Positions 30,532-40,534 of a stretch of 64,000 bases of DNA are shown here, piece after piece; within the stretch, counting starts at the first letter, position 1, and every line of letters starts with the position of its first letter. This DNA is from Ignavibacteriota bacterium (GTDB taxonomy: Bacteria > Bacteroidota > Ignavibacteria > UBA10030), in the NCBI GenBank assembly GCA_963701295.1, contig OY969585.1, positions 736,001 through 800,000 of the forward strand, read 5' to 3'. Made by a program: the position numbers and the translations under genes. Under the pieces are notes generated by a model. The model saw only the letters and a program-made list of their open reading frames with translations, did not search any database and was not told the origin of the DNA.

Positions 30532-31878
30532 ATGGTTCAGAAACAATATTGGTGGTTTTTCAAGGGTTTTGATGTTAGAAATAACAAAGTTTGGTCCCGT
30601 TCTTTTCATAAGTTTCATTTAGATGAGTTAGCCAAGTCAAATTCTACTCCTTTATATTTTACTAATGGCAAAAGGATTGAAGACAAGGCGAAACTTATCA
30701 GGGATGCATTTGCAAAGAATTATCCTGGTGTTGTTGATATCAATTATGCTGTGAAAGCAAACTATTGCCCTCAGATTCTCGATCTCATTGCAATGCTTGA
30801 TTTGGGTGCGGATGTTGTCTCTCCGAACGAAGCTATTCTTGCGGAGCAGCGTGGAATCGCGAGGCAAAAAATCATGTTCACTGGGACATCTGTTTCCAAA
30901 GATGATCTTGAAAAGCTTGTAAAATTCGGCAGTTACAAAATTAACATTGATTCCAATTCTCAACTTAAAAAACTTGGAGAGCACAGAGATGAATGGAATA
31001 TTCATGGCTTAAATCTTTCAATCAAGTTGAATCCGAATGTTGGTGCCGGCCATAATCCTGATGTCATCACTGCCGGTTTAAAAAATGAGGGTGGTGTTCC
31101 TATAAAATTCGGCATCGAGCAGGATAAGATTGTTGCTACTTTCTTAGCCGCCCGTGAGTATGGTTTTCATCCTGACACCTTGCATATACATATTGGTTCT
31201 GGCTGGCTTGGCAATGATGTTGATAGTTTCAAGATCGCTTTGCAAAATACTCTTGATGTCATGAATGAATTAAAGAGGCATGGTTTTGCAAATCTGACTC
31301 TTGATGTTGGCGGAGGTCCTGGCATCAGGCATCGAGAGTCTCAAGAGTCTTTCCCCTTCAATATGTATGCCAAAATTATCAGCGAAGAGATGCTGATGAG
31401 CAATGTGAAGATAAATAAATTAATCATCGAGCCTGGCAGGAGCTTGGTTGGTGATTCAACAATCCTTTTAACAAGGGTGAATACAGTTGAAGAGAAAAAT
31501 GGCATTCTCCATGCCTTTACTGATGCAAGCATGGGAACATTAATCCGGCCAAAACTCTATCATGCATATCATGAGATCATTAATGTCTCTAATCCAAATG
31601 GCCCTCTCATGGTGTATGCTGTCGATGGTAATGTGTGCGAAACCGGTGATACCTTCACACAGAATCAGCCTCGGGAAATTCCCGAAATTAGAGAGGGTGA
31701 TGTTTTAGGCCTTCTTGACACTGGCGCCTATAGTGATGTGATGTCCTCTCCGTATTGTCTGAGAGGCAGGGCAAATATTTTGTTAGAGCACAAGGGCAAA
31801 CTTGTCCAGTGTTCTAAAAGTGTTGAAGATTTAGATCAAATGCTGCACAGATTTCATGTTGACTCTAAATTAGATTAA
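30532..31878 (+). CDS. lysA: Diaminopimelate decarboxylase (fold III PLP enzyme)
   Basis: YAVKAN (PLP Lys), KFGI, HIHIGS, DVGGG, IEPGRSLV, GNVCETGD, DTGAY. Confidence 0.85.
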   Translation: MVQKQYWWFFKGFDVRNNKVWSRSFHKFHLDELAKSNSTPLYFTNGKRIEDKAKLIRDAFAKNYPGVVDINYAVKANYCPQILDLIAMLDLGADVVSPNEAILAEQRGIARQKIMFTGTSVSKDDLEKLVKFGSYKINIDSNSQLKKLGEHRDEWNIHGLNLSIKLNPNVGAGHNPDVITAGLKNEGGVPIKFGIEQDKIVATFLAAREYGFHPDTLHIHIGSGWLGNDVDSFKIALQNTLDVMNELKRHGFANLTLDVGGGPGIRHRESQESFPFNMYAKIISEEMLMSNVKINKLIIEPGRSLVGDSTILLTRVNTVEEKNGILHAFTDASMGTLIRPKLYHAYHEIINVSNPNGPLMVYAVDGNVCETGDTFTQNQPREIPEIREGDVLGLLDTGAYSDVMSSPYCLRGRANILLEHKGKLVQCSKSVEDLDQMLHRFHVDSKLD

Positions 31879-32164
31879 TTATTGGCGCGCAGACAGTGTT
31901 TGGCATTTCTCTTAAATATCTGTCCGTAAAATCAAACGTGGAATCAAGAAAATCAATGCTCTAATCCGAAACGCGTATAGATATTTTTTAAGTAACAAAA
32001 ATCTCGAAGAATTACCCACCCTGATATGACACCTGCTAGAGTCAGAGACAAGGGTGAGAACATTAATCCTTTCTTTACGAATCTCTTTTAAAGAATTATT
32101 TCCATTATATTGAAAATATTGTTATACTTTATTGAAACGAGTTAAACCACTATCGGAGGAACCC

Positions 32165-32728
32165 ATGTCATTCTTTATTCTTCTCGCTTTCGTTATCGTT
32201 CTCATTCTTCTTTTCGTCGGAATTTACAATTCTCTCGTCAAGATTCGCAATCAGGTACGTAATGCATGGGAACAAATTGATGTGCAGCTCAAACGCCGGC
32301 ACGATCTCATACCCAATCTTGTTAATGCAGTAAAAGGACAAATGGAATTTGAAAAGAGTACGCTCGAAGGTGTTATTCAAGCCCGTGCAGCGGCTGTCGG
32401 CGCAAAAAATATTACCGAGAGCATTGCGAAAGAAGACTTGCTCTCATCGGCGCTTTCAAAGCTTTTTGCCGTCGTGGAAAACTATCCTACTTTGAAAGCA
32501 AACGAGAGTGTACAACCACTCATGGAAGAATTGACAACCACGGAGAATCAAATCTCATTTGCACGCCAATTCTACAACGACATCACGACGACGTTTAATA
32601 CCAAGCTCGAAATATTTCCCACCAATCTTTTTGCATCAGCATTGGGCTTTAAGCTGTTTCCTTTGTTTCAGATAAAAGATGCCGCCGAGCGTGAAGTACC
32701 AACTGTCGATCTCTCGTTAAAAAAATAA
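32165..32728 (+). CDS. lemA: LemA family protein
   Basis: TM then YNSLV..RN, QIDVQLKRRHDLIPNLV, ENYPTLKANE, ARQFYND; RBS GGAGGA before ATG 32165. Confidence 0.96.
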   Translation: MSFFILLAFVIVLILLFVGIYNSLVKIRNQVRNAWEQIDVQLKRRHDLIPNLVNAVKGQMEFEKSTLEGVIQARAAAVGAKNITESIAKEDLLSSALSKLFAVVENYPTLKANESVQPLMEELTTTENQISFARQFYNDITTTFNTKLEIFPTNLFASALGFKLFPLFQIKDAAEREVPTVDLSLKK

Positions 32729-32800
32729 CTTTCAGTATATCCTTCGCAAGGTTTTCTCTTTCCAAACCAAGAGACCTTGCGAAGAGTATCAAGGCAATCC

Positions 32801-33790
32801 ATGTCTGAACCCATTCTCTTACAATCGCGTAACATCTACGAACAGCAGGCGCACAACCGACGGATGACATGGCTTGTCATGGTATCAGTTGTTCTTTTGT
32901 TTGCAATCTTGGGATTGGGATTTGATTATTTCTATCTTGGGATTTTTAGTAAAAATAGTGCAAATTTTCCTGTTATAACTTTCGGCGCAATAATTTTGAG
33001 CGTTGCGTTTGCTTTTTTTACTCTTCAAAATGGAGCATCTACTGTGCTTACATCTGCAGAAGCGTTTCCTGCCGACCCAAAGAACGCTAATCATCGTCAG
33101 CTTTTCAATGTTGTTCAAGAAATATCTATCGCTTCCGGATTGCCGGCACCTCGCGTGTACATTATTCCCGATGATGATCCGAATGCATTTGCGACAGGGA
33201 AGGATCCACAGCATAGTTATATTGCAGTTACACAGGGACTTCTTACAATTCTTGATCGTGATGAATTGCAGGGTGTGATTGCGCACGAGATGAGTCATAT
33301 TCGATATTATGACATCCGATTGATGACGGTTGTGGCTGCATTAGTCGGCGCTATTGTTTTATTGGCAGATATAACTCTTCGAGGATTGCGGTTTGGATTA
33401 TTTTCCGGAAAAGGCAGTCGGTCAAAAGGAAAAAATCCTTTGGGCGCCCTGCTCCTTATTCTTTGGCTGCTAACGGCAGTACTTGCACCAATTATCACAC
33501 AATTGATGGCTATGATGATTTCACGGAAACGGGAATATCTTGCCGATGCATCAGCTGCTGAACTTACAAGAAATCCTATCGCACTTGCAAAAGCACTTCA
33601 AAAGTTAGAGAATGCCTCGGCACCAACCGTTGCCATCAAACGAGGCATCGCACATCTTTGTGTTGTAGACCCACTTGGGAAAAAAGTGAATGAAAAAGAA
33701 GGATTCTGGGCAGAACTCTTTGCCACGCACCCACCTATGCAAAAACGTATTATGCTCCTGAAGGCGATGTCATATCAACAAGTTTCTTAA
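32801..33790 (+). CDS. htpX: HtpX-like M48 zinc metalloprotease (copy 1)
   Basis: PNAFATG, AHEMSH, SRKREYLAD, THPP. Confidence 0.92.
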   Translation: MSEPILLQSRNIYEQQAHNRRMTWLVMVSVVLLFAILGLGFDYFYLGIFSKNSANFPVITFGAIILSVAFAFFTLQNGASTVLTSAEAFPADPKNANHRQLFNVVQEISIASGLPAPRVYIIPDDDPNAFATGKDPQHSYIAVTQGLLTILDRDELQGVIAHEMSHIRYYDIRLMTVVAALVGAIVLLADITLRGLRFGLFSGKGSRSKGKNPLGALLLILWLLTAVLAPIITQLMAMMISRKREYLADASAAELTRNPIALAKALQKLENASAPTVAIKRGIAHLCVVDPLGKKVNEKEGFWAELFATHPPMQKRIMLLKAMSYQQVS

Positions 33791-33835
33791 ATAGCTTTCA
33801 GGTATATGAAACCATCGTTTTTTTTATCGACATTC

Positions 33836-33864
33836 TTGCTTTTTTAAGTAAATAGTTATACACT
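33836..33864 (+). promoter_or_regulatory. Sigma70-type promoter
   Basis: TTGCTT-N17-TACACT upstream of the barrel gene. Confidence 0.55.
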
Positions 33865-33941
33865 TGACCAGAAATTTTACAGGATTTTATAGCAACATTA
33901 TTGTTGCACTTTCACACTATCACAATCAAAGGAGAAGTCTC

Positions 33942-35369
33942 ATGAAAAGAACCATTTCCCTGTTTTTGTTGGCCTTCGTTCTGCTTGGTGTTGCCCAAGC
34001 GCAGGAAACAAAGTCTGTTCCTGGCGGTTTAGCCCGCGAAATGGCGCTGGGCGGAAGCCCGAACAATGCATACTTGATGGACTATACCGATGTGTATACA
34101 AACCCAGCATGGGCAGTGAAGTACGGTGACCTCATCTACTCAGAACTTGGTTACAGCTTTGCAGGATATAGTGCAAGCGGACAATCTGCTGGATTTACCT
34201 ATGCCGTATGGAAGGGGCTTTCAATTGGTTTATCCGTAGGCAAACAAGAAGGACCAATATTTGGCCAAAATTCATATGGTTCTCAATTTGGTGGAAACGC
34301 AGCAAATGCAGATAATTTCATGGTTCCTTTTAACACAATTTTATCAGCACATGGTTACTCAGCGCTCTCGACGAATACGTTGCGTCCCTTTCAAGTGTAT
34401 GGTGCGTTGAAGCTTGCTAACCTTACCCTTGGTCTTGCATTCTATCGTGTCGGTTATTCTACCACGGATGATTATACAGCCGCCGCAGGTGATGCCACCA
34501 ATACAACAGATGAGGTCTCCATAGGTCAAACTGGGCTTAAAGCTGGAGCTCTTTTAGATATGGATGTTATGTTGCTTGATGTGTCTGCATTATTACGCAT
34601 TAATAGTGCGACTGCAAAAAACACTCCGCCAACAACTCCAGCAAACCCTTCACCAAATGAAGAAGTTGATGCGACTGGAACGGAACTTGGTTTGAATGCA
34701 CGACTCTTCATGAAACTCAGCGATAAATTCTCGCTGGTTCCAATGGCTCGCTTTTACACATTTGGATATGAACCAGAGGAGAAAAGTATAGGTCAAGCTG
34801 TACCTGCCGGTGATAAATACAACTCGAAACCAGACAAATACAGCCGTACAGATATTGAATTTGGCCTCGGCTCCAATATAACGGTGAATGGCGGACGTGT
34901 GTTCGCTGGATTGAGCCTTGAATCAATTTCCTTGAAATATGTAGCTACATCGTTTGTAGGTGGGGTAACTGGTTTTGTCCCAGTTGCAACCCAGACGCAA
35001 ACAATAACATACACGAACAGCGTTCTTTCTCTGCCAAAAGTGAATCTCGGTGCCGAGTTTGACATTGCAAGCTGGCTCACTGGTCGTCTCGGGTTCTTTA
35101 AAGCGTTTGCAACCCAGACAAACACAACAGAAGCTCCTGCACCAGCAAGGAAGCAAGAATCTAAACAGACATTTGAATTTCAATACATGCCGGCATGCAG
35201 TTTAGCTGTCGCAGATCAGCTCTTGTCTCTCGGAATTGGTCTTCACTTCGACAGGTTATCGATCGATGGATATCTCTGTGAAGAATGGCTGGCTGATGGA
35301 ATTTATATAGCCAGCGGCAGGGCAAATGCTATGTTCGGTGTTCTTTCAATGAGTTATAGCTTTAATTAA
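33942..35369 (+). CDS. Outer-membrane beta-barrel protein (FadL/PorV-like N-terminal motif)
   Basis: Signal peptide ending AQA, AREMALGG...D.YTNPA motif, alternating beta strands, ends SMSYSFN; RBS AGGAG. Confidence 0.8.
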   Translation: MKRTISLFLLAFVLLGVAQAQETKSVPGGLAREMALGGSPNNAYLMDYTDVYTNPAWAVKYGDLIYSELGYSFAGYSASGQSAGFTYAVWKGLSIGLSVGKQEGPIFGQNSYGSQFGGNAANADNFMVPFNTILSAHGYSALSTNTLRPFQVYGALKLANLTLGLAFYRVGYSTTDDYTAAAGDATNTTDEVSIGQTGLKAGALLDMDVMLLDVSALLRINSATAKNTPPTTPANPSPNEEVDATGTELGLNARLFMKLSDKFSLVPMARFYTFGYEPEEKSIGQAVPAGDKYNSKPDKYSRTDIEFGLGSNITVNGGRVFAGLSLESISLKYVATSFVGGVTGFVPVATQTQTITYTNSVLSLPKVNLGAEFDIASWLTGRLGFFKAFATQTNTTEAPAPARKQESKQTFEFQYMPACSLAVADQLLSLGIGLHFDRLSIDGYLCEEWLADGIYIASGRANAMFGVLSMSYSFN

Positions 35370-35393
35370 GCTGTTGTATGTTTCATTTTTCTC

Positions 35394-35426
35394 AGGCGAT
35401 TCAGTTTCTGCTGAATCGCCTTTTTT
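35394..35426 (+). terminator. Rho-independent terminator
   Basis: AGGCGATTCAG-tttctg-CTGAATCGCCT perfect 11-bp stem followed by a T run. Confidence 0.9.
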
Positions 35427-35491
35427 ATTTTCGTTCTTATGAGTATCATGAAGGTAATGAAACCTCATAGGTCTCGATAAGGAAAAGAAAA

Positions 35492-36733
35492 ATGTCCGAA
35501 TCTATTCTCACCCATGCACACAACATCTACGAACAGCAAGCACACAACCGCAGAATGACATGGCTGCTCATTGTGACATTCATACTTCTGGTTGCTGCTG
35601 TCGGTGTGGGATTTGATGTCTTCTTAACAGTTGATTCGCCAGCAAGATTCATCATGCTTCCGTTCGTTCTCCTGATGGTTGTATCCAGCATCTGGAATTT
35701 CCGTCAAAGAGCCGCGGAAGGATTATGGAAAAAACCACAAGCATTTGCCGATGATGACGATAATTCGGAATTTTTCAAGTTACCCTTGTACATTGTTCTT
35801 GGGACTATGATGTTGATTACCTTGCTTATGTTACAATTTTTTCCGCATAAGTTGTTTCCCGATTTTTTTAACTACCATCTATTACGCTACCTGCCAATAG
35901 GAACAATTTTAGCTGTTATAATCTGTATAGGATCAATTCTTACAAGCTTACATTGGGGAATGAACTCTGTGCTCTGGTCTGTTCAGGCAACAAGTCTGAG
36001 CGAAGAAACCAATGATACACCCGAGTTATTCGATGTTGTCAAAGAAATGAGCCTTGCAGCCGGTATCCCAACTCCTTCGATCTATGTTGTCAAAGATTCC
36101 GATCCTAACGCTTTTACTGTTGGAACAGATCCAACAAAAAGTTCTATTGTTGTAACAACGGGCTTACTTGCAATACTTGACCGTGAGGAACTACAGGGCG
36201 TCATCGCACATGAAATGAGTCATATCCGTAATTCTGACACACGACTTATGACAACCATTACAGTTCTTTTTGGAGCCGTGCTTTTGCTTTCTGAGTGGAT
36301 GAAGAAGAGCGCACTTCTCGGCGGATTTGCAGGGAGTCGCGTACCTGGTGCAGGAGGGGCTTTACGTGTTGTCTTTCTAGTTGGGTGGCTTCTTACATTG
36401 ATCTTGGCTCCCTTAATCGCACGCATTGTTGCAATGGCAGTGTCGCGTCAGCGTGAATATCTGGCAGATGCAGGCGGTGCCGAACTCACACGGAATCCCA
36501 AGGCACTCGCTACTGCATTGATAAAAATCGAGAATGTCGCAGAACCGACGACTTCCTTTCAGAAAGGAATTGCCCATATGTGCGTTGTCGATCCTCTAGG
36601 GAAAAAAATCAACGAGAAAGAAGGCTGGTGGGCAAATCTCTTTGCGACACACCCTCCGATGAAGAATCGCATTCTGTTGTTAAACGCAATGGCATATAAT
36701 TCGATAGCAGTTTCGGAACATACTACCAAGTAA
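35492..36733 (+). CDS. HtpX-like M48 zinc metalloprotease (copy 2, with extra TM insertion)
   Basis: PNAFTVG, AHEMSH, SRQREYLAD, THPP; N-terminus NIYEQQAHNRRMTWL identical to copy 1. Confidence 0.9.
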   Translation: MSESILTHAHNIYEQQAHNRRMTWLLIVTFILLVAAVGVGFDVFLTVDSPARFIMLPFVLLMVVSSIWNFRQRAAEGLWKKPQAFADDDDNSEFFKLPLYIVLGTMMLITLLMLQFFPHKLFPDFFNYHLLRYLPIGTILAVIICIGSILTSLHWGMNSVLWSVQATSLSEETNDTPELFDVVKEMSLAAGIPTPSIYVVKDSDPNAFTVGTDPTKSSIVVTTGLLAILDREELQGVIAHEMSHIRNSDTRLMTTITVLFGAVLLLSEWMKKSALLGGFAGSRVPGAGGALRVVFLVGWLLTLILAPLIARIVAMAVSRQREYLADAGGAELTRNPKALATALIKIENVAEPTTSFQKGIAHMCVVDPLGKKINEKEGWWANLFATHPPMKNRILLLNAMAYNSIAVSEHTTK

Positions 36734-38077
36734 ATGTATCGAATGAAAAAGATGAATAACTTAAGTATGAGAGTGACGAAGTATCAAAAGAGATTTTTAA
36801 CATATAGCTTTATACTATGTTCCATGTTTATTCTATTAAGCACCTGTTGTTCAGTTCTCATCGCCCAATCCAAGCTTCTTATCCCGATGGATCTTAAACA
36901 AACCGATCATCTTAAATCGTATGGTGTTGCATTTTGGCTGCTGGAAAAAAACGGTGAAGTCGATTGGCTGCTCAATTACCGCGGTGGTTCATTCATGATG
37001 GATTACAGCGATGTGTTGGCTCGGGAATGCCGCATTCGCGGTGTATTCTTCGAATCACTCGCGGCCAGCGATGCCGCATCGATTTATGCCGAAGTCCAAC
37101 GTGAAGACAACAATCAAGACGTGGTTCGGCTGGAAAAAGCACCAAGGATTGCGGTCTACGCCCCGCCGGGTTTCAAACCGTGGGATGACGCAGTGACAAT
37201 GGCCCTGGAATATGCAGAGATCCCTTATACAAAAGTGTGGGATGAGGAAATCCTCTCCGGAAAACTTTCCGAATATGATTGGCTTCATTTACATCACGAA
37301 GATTTCACCGGTCAGTATGGAAAATTCTATTCCAACTTCCGTAATGCGCCATGGTATATTGAACAGCAAATGCTGTACGAGCGCGAAGCAAAGCGGCTCG
37401 GTTACAAAAAGGTATCAGAAGAAAAAAAAGCAGTTGCGCGTTCAATTAAGGAATTTGTAGGTAACGGCGGATTTATGTTTGCGATGTGCTCTGCAACAGA
37501 CAGCTACGACATTGCCTTAGCGGCAGAAAACGTTGACATCTGTGATGTAATGTTCGATGGCGATCCGCCGGACAGGAACGCACAATCGAAGCTTGATTTC
37601 AGCAAAACGCTTGCATTCGAGAATTTTACGATCGATATGAATCCATTCCGATATGAATATTCCGATATCGACATTCCTCCAAGCGATCCGCCTCCGATTC
37701 GCGATCCAAACACTGATTACTTTACGCTCTTCGAATTCTCCGCCAAGTACGACCCCGTACCGACGATGCTCACGCAAGATCACGTCAATATTATCAAAGG
37801 ATTTATGGGGCAAACAACTGCGTTCAAAAAAAGCTTGATCAAGAAAAATGTTACCATCCTGGCGGAACGTGAAGGAACGGAAGAAGTGAAATACATCCAC
37901 GGCAACTTCGGGCGAGGCACATTCACATGGTACGGCGGACATGATCCCGAGGACTACCAACATGCCGTCGGCGACCCGCCAACCGACTTGAATCTGCACA
38001 AGAACTCACCTGGTTACAGGTTGATCCTCAACAATGTCCTTTTCCCTGCGGCAAAAAAGAAACAACAGAAAACATAA
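36734..38077 (+). CDS. Conserved secreted Bacteroidota-type protein with a class I GATase-like fold (often labelled 'asparagine synthetase B'); true start may be downstream
   Basis: LIPMD..QTDHLKSYG, PWDDAVT, DWLHLHHEDFTGQYGKFY, FAMCSATD, GGHDPEDYQH, PGYRLILNN. Confidence 0.75.
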   Translation: MYRMKKMNNLSMRVTKYQKRFLTYSFILCSMFILLSTCCSVLIAQSKLLIPMDLKQTDHLKSYGVAFWLLEKNGEVDWLLNYRGGSFMMDYSDVLARECRIRGVFFESLAASDAASIYAEVQREDNNQDVVRLEKAPRIAVYAPPGFKPWDDAVTMALEYAEIPYTKVWDEEILSGKLSEYDWLHLHHEDFTGQYGKFYSNFRNAPWYIEQQMLYEREAKRLGYKKVSEEKKAVARSIKEFVGNGGFMFAMCSATDSYDIALAAENVDICDVMFDGDPPDRNAQSKLDFSKTLAFENFTIDMNPFRYEYSDIDIPPSDPPPIRDPNTDYFTLFEFSAKYDPVPTMLTQDHVNIIKGFMGQTTAFKKSLIKKNVTILAEREGTEEVKYIHGNFGRGTFTWYGGHDPEDYQHAVGDPPTDLNLHKNSPGYRLILNNVLFPAAKKKQQKT

Positions 38078-38209
38078 TGGAGATGTATCTGTAGAAGAAA
38101 TTAAAAGATAGTAAAACACGAAGACGAAAAAACCTTCATTTCTCTTTTATTTTTTAGTCTCAATTGTATGAAATTTCATACTTGAAATGCCAGCAAAGGA
38201 GTACCTCTT

Positions 38210-38280
38210 GTGAAGAAAATTATAGTCGGGATTTCGTTCGAAGCAATCGCTGGAATTATCGATATCATTCCAATGATTGC
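38210..38280 (+). pseudogene. 5' remnant of a small membrane-protein gene
   Basis: RBS AAGGAG, GTG start, MKKIIVGISFEAIAGIIDIIPMIA; the frame then runs into the antisense strand of the CDF gene at its stop codon. Confidence 0.4.
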
Positions 38281-39642
38281 TCACCTCGGTTCTGCATGTA
38301 TCGTAATTCGCCGCAATTGTTTGAAGTGTTGGAAGAGAACAGTCTCAATCTCAGAAATAATCTGGTGTACTTCGTCAAGTGTTTTCGTTTTGTCGATCTG
38401 ACATGTTAGTGTTGCGTTGTACTTATTTCCTTCCTGCAGCAGCATCAATTCCGTGCATGACAACACATCTTTCTGCTTCTCGGTGATCGAACGAATCTCT
38501 GAGGATAACGCATTTTCTATCTTTGTAACATCATGGAGAGGGTGCTCGTTCGCTTCATACTCCTCCATATGAATCGTCACCTTACCGACCGATGGAAGTT
38601 GATTCTGAATCTGGCGCTCAATGTCCGAAGATATTTCGTGTGCTTCAGCAAACGAGAGTCCTTTCGCATATTCAACATCGAAATCTATGTAATATTTTCC
38701 ACCAATCAGATGCACTTCGATGTTATGCGGTGCGCGAAGTCCTCTGTCCATCACAACCATTCGAATTTTATCGATGATGGTCTCATCCCTCGTTTCAAAC
38801 GGCTCCGAGTGAACAACCACATCGGCATTCGCATGGACTACATGGACGCTTCGTTCAATGCTGTCCATAATAGCATGAGCGCTTTGAAAGGGAATAGTCC
38901 GACGGATAGCAACAACCGTATCTATAAAAATATGATCGCCGGAAGGGCGAATGCGAAGTTTACGCAGTTCTTCTACTCCGTCCACTGAATTTATTGCCTG
39001 CTCAATTTCTTTTACCAAATCCTTTGGCACACGATCCATCAGCGCATCGATCGTACGACGGCCTAACCGATAACTGACAAAGAGAACCAGCAACGCAACA
39101 GCAATGGCAGCGAGAGCGTCGAACACCGGATATCCGATCCACACAAAGAACAAACCGCAGATAACAGTGAGCGACGTCCATACATCGCTGGAAAAATGGA
39201 GAGCGTCGGCCTCTAATGCCTGACTGTGATATTTTTTCGCAACTCGGTAGAGTGCCCGTGACCGACTGACATCTATGACGATCGCTGTGCCCATCACAAT
39301 GAAACTCCAAATGTTTGTTTCAACATGGTGCGTTTGGACAAGAAGACGGCTGACACCTTCCCAGATGATCCAAGCACAGGTGATCACGAGGAGAAGTGTT
39401 TCGACAAAAGCAGAGATGTTTTCCAGTTTCCCGTGGCCATATTGATGGTCTTCATCAGCAGGACGGTCGGCAAAGGTCACGGCAAACAACGTGATGATTG
39501 CGGCTATCAGATCAAGACCTGAGTGCGCTGCTTCAGAGAGAATGCCAAGACTGTCCGTCCGCCATCCAATATAGAGTTTGAACCCCGTCAGAAAAACTGC
39601 AGCGGCAACAGAGGTTAACGCAATGAATTTCTTTTCTTTCAT
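38281..39642 (-). CDS. Cation diffusion facilitator with extra C-terminal dimerisation domains
   Basis: EAAHSGLD, ADEDHQYGHGKLE, ALEADALHFSSD; three AH/VH...(V/I)(T/V)(I/V)HxE repeats. Confidence 0.93.
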   Translation of the reverse strand: MKEKKFIALTSVAAAVFLTGFKLYIGWRTDSLGILSEAAHSGLDLIAAIITLFAVTFADRPADEDHQYGHGKLENISAFVETLLLVITCAWIIWEGVSRLLVQTHHVETNIWSFIVMGTAIVIDVSRSRALYRVAKKYHSQALEADALHFSSDVWTSLTVICGLFFVWIGYPVFDALAAIAVALLVLFVSYRLGRRTIDALMDRVPKDLVKEIEQAINSVDGVEELRKLRIRPSGDHIFIDTVVAIRRTIPFQSAHAIMDSIERSVHVVHANADVVVHSEPFETRDETIIDKIRMVVMDRGLRAPHNIEVHLIGGKYYIDFDVEYAKGLSFAEAHEISSDIERQIQNQLPSVGKVTIHMEEYEANEHPLHDVTKIENALSSEIRSITEKQKDVLSCTELMLLQEGNKYNATLTCQIDKTKTLDEVHQIISEIETVLFQHFKQLRRITIHAEPR

Positions 39643-39832
39643 GACAGCAAAGTTCTGGTAAAGAATAATTATCCGTGCGAGTTAATATACCGCGCGTTTA
39701 CATAGAGTTCAACCATAAACAGACACGATGCAATCGTTGCCTCCATGAAGAGAGAATTCATCGTTTAATGTATACGGAAGCAACTCCGGTTGCACTCCAA
39801 TTGACGTTTTTCTATATTCACTTATCAGGATA

Positions 39833-40534
39833 ATGAAATACGCAATCATCTCCGATATTCATTCCAACCTTGAAGCGCTGACAAAAGCGCTGGAAATCAT
39901 CGACCAGCGATCTGTGGATGAAATTATCTGTCTTGGCGATATCGTCGGTTATGCTGCGAATCCGAACGAGTGTCTAGCACTCGTTCGCCAGCGATGCAGC
40001 ACTGTCATCAAAGGAAATCACGATGAAGCACTCCTCAACGACAGCATTACCATGCACTTCACAGAAGATGCCCGTTCAGCCATTGAGTGGACACGCAAGC
40101 GGATCAACGAAGAATATATTTCCTACCTTCGTACACTTTCCCTTTCTATAAAAAAAGACGATCTTCTCTTTGTGCATGCTTCACCGTGCCATCCGGAACA
40201 ATGGAAATATATTCTTGAAAACAAAGCCGCGGCAAGCGCTCTTCAATGCTTTTCAGAACCTCTCTGCTTTATCGGACATACGCATACACCTGCAATATTT
40301 TCCACTGCTGGGCGAGTTCGCAACGTGATGAAAGGCGAACGCTATCTCATTAATGTTGGAAGTGTTGGTCAGCCGCGCGACCGGATAACGGATTTAAGCT
40401 TTGGTATATTCGATACGGACACTTGGACATATGAAAACATACGAAGTCCATATGACGTAGAACTAACGGTGAAGAAGATTCTTGCCACGGATTTACCATC
40501 CGCTTTGGGTTATCGATTGTTGACGGGAAAATGA
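39833..40534 (+). CDS. Calcineurin-like metallophosphoesterase
   Basis: SDIHSN, LGDIVGY, GNHD, VHASP, GHTH, NVGSVGQPRD. Confidence 0.93.
   Translation: MKYAIISDIHSNLEALTKALEIIDQRSVDEIICLGDIVGYAANPNECLALVRQRCSTVIKGNHDEALLNDSITMHFTEDARSAIEWTRKRINEEYISYLRTLSLSIKKDDLLFVHASPCHPEQWKYILENKAAASALQCFSEPLCFIGHTHTPAIFSTAGRVRNVMKGERYLINVGSVGQPRDRITDLSFGIFDTDTWTYENIRSPYDVELTVKKILATDLPSALGYRLLTGK

Noticed and set aside
32017-32056. Nested inverted repeat (CACCCT..TGAC..GTCA..AGGGTG) as a riboswitch or ncRNA upstream of lemA
   Set aside because: Short stems and no family motif I recognise; would need an Rfam search.
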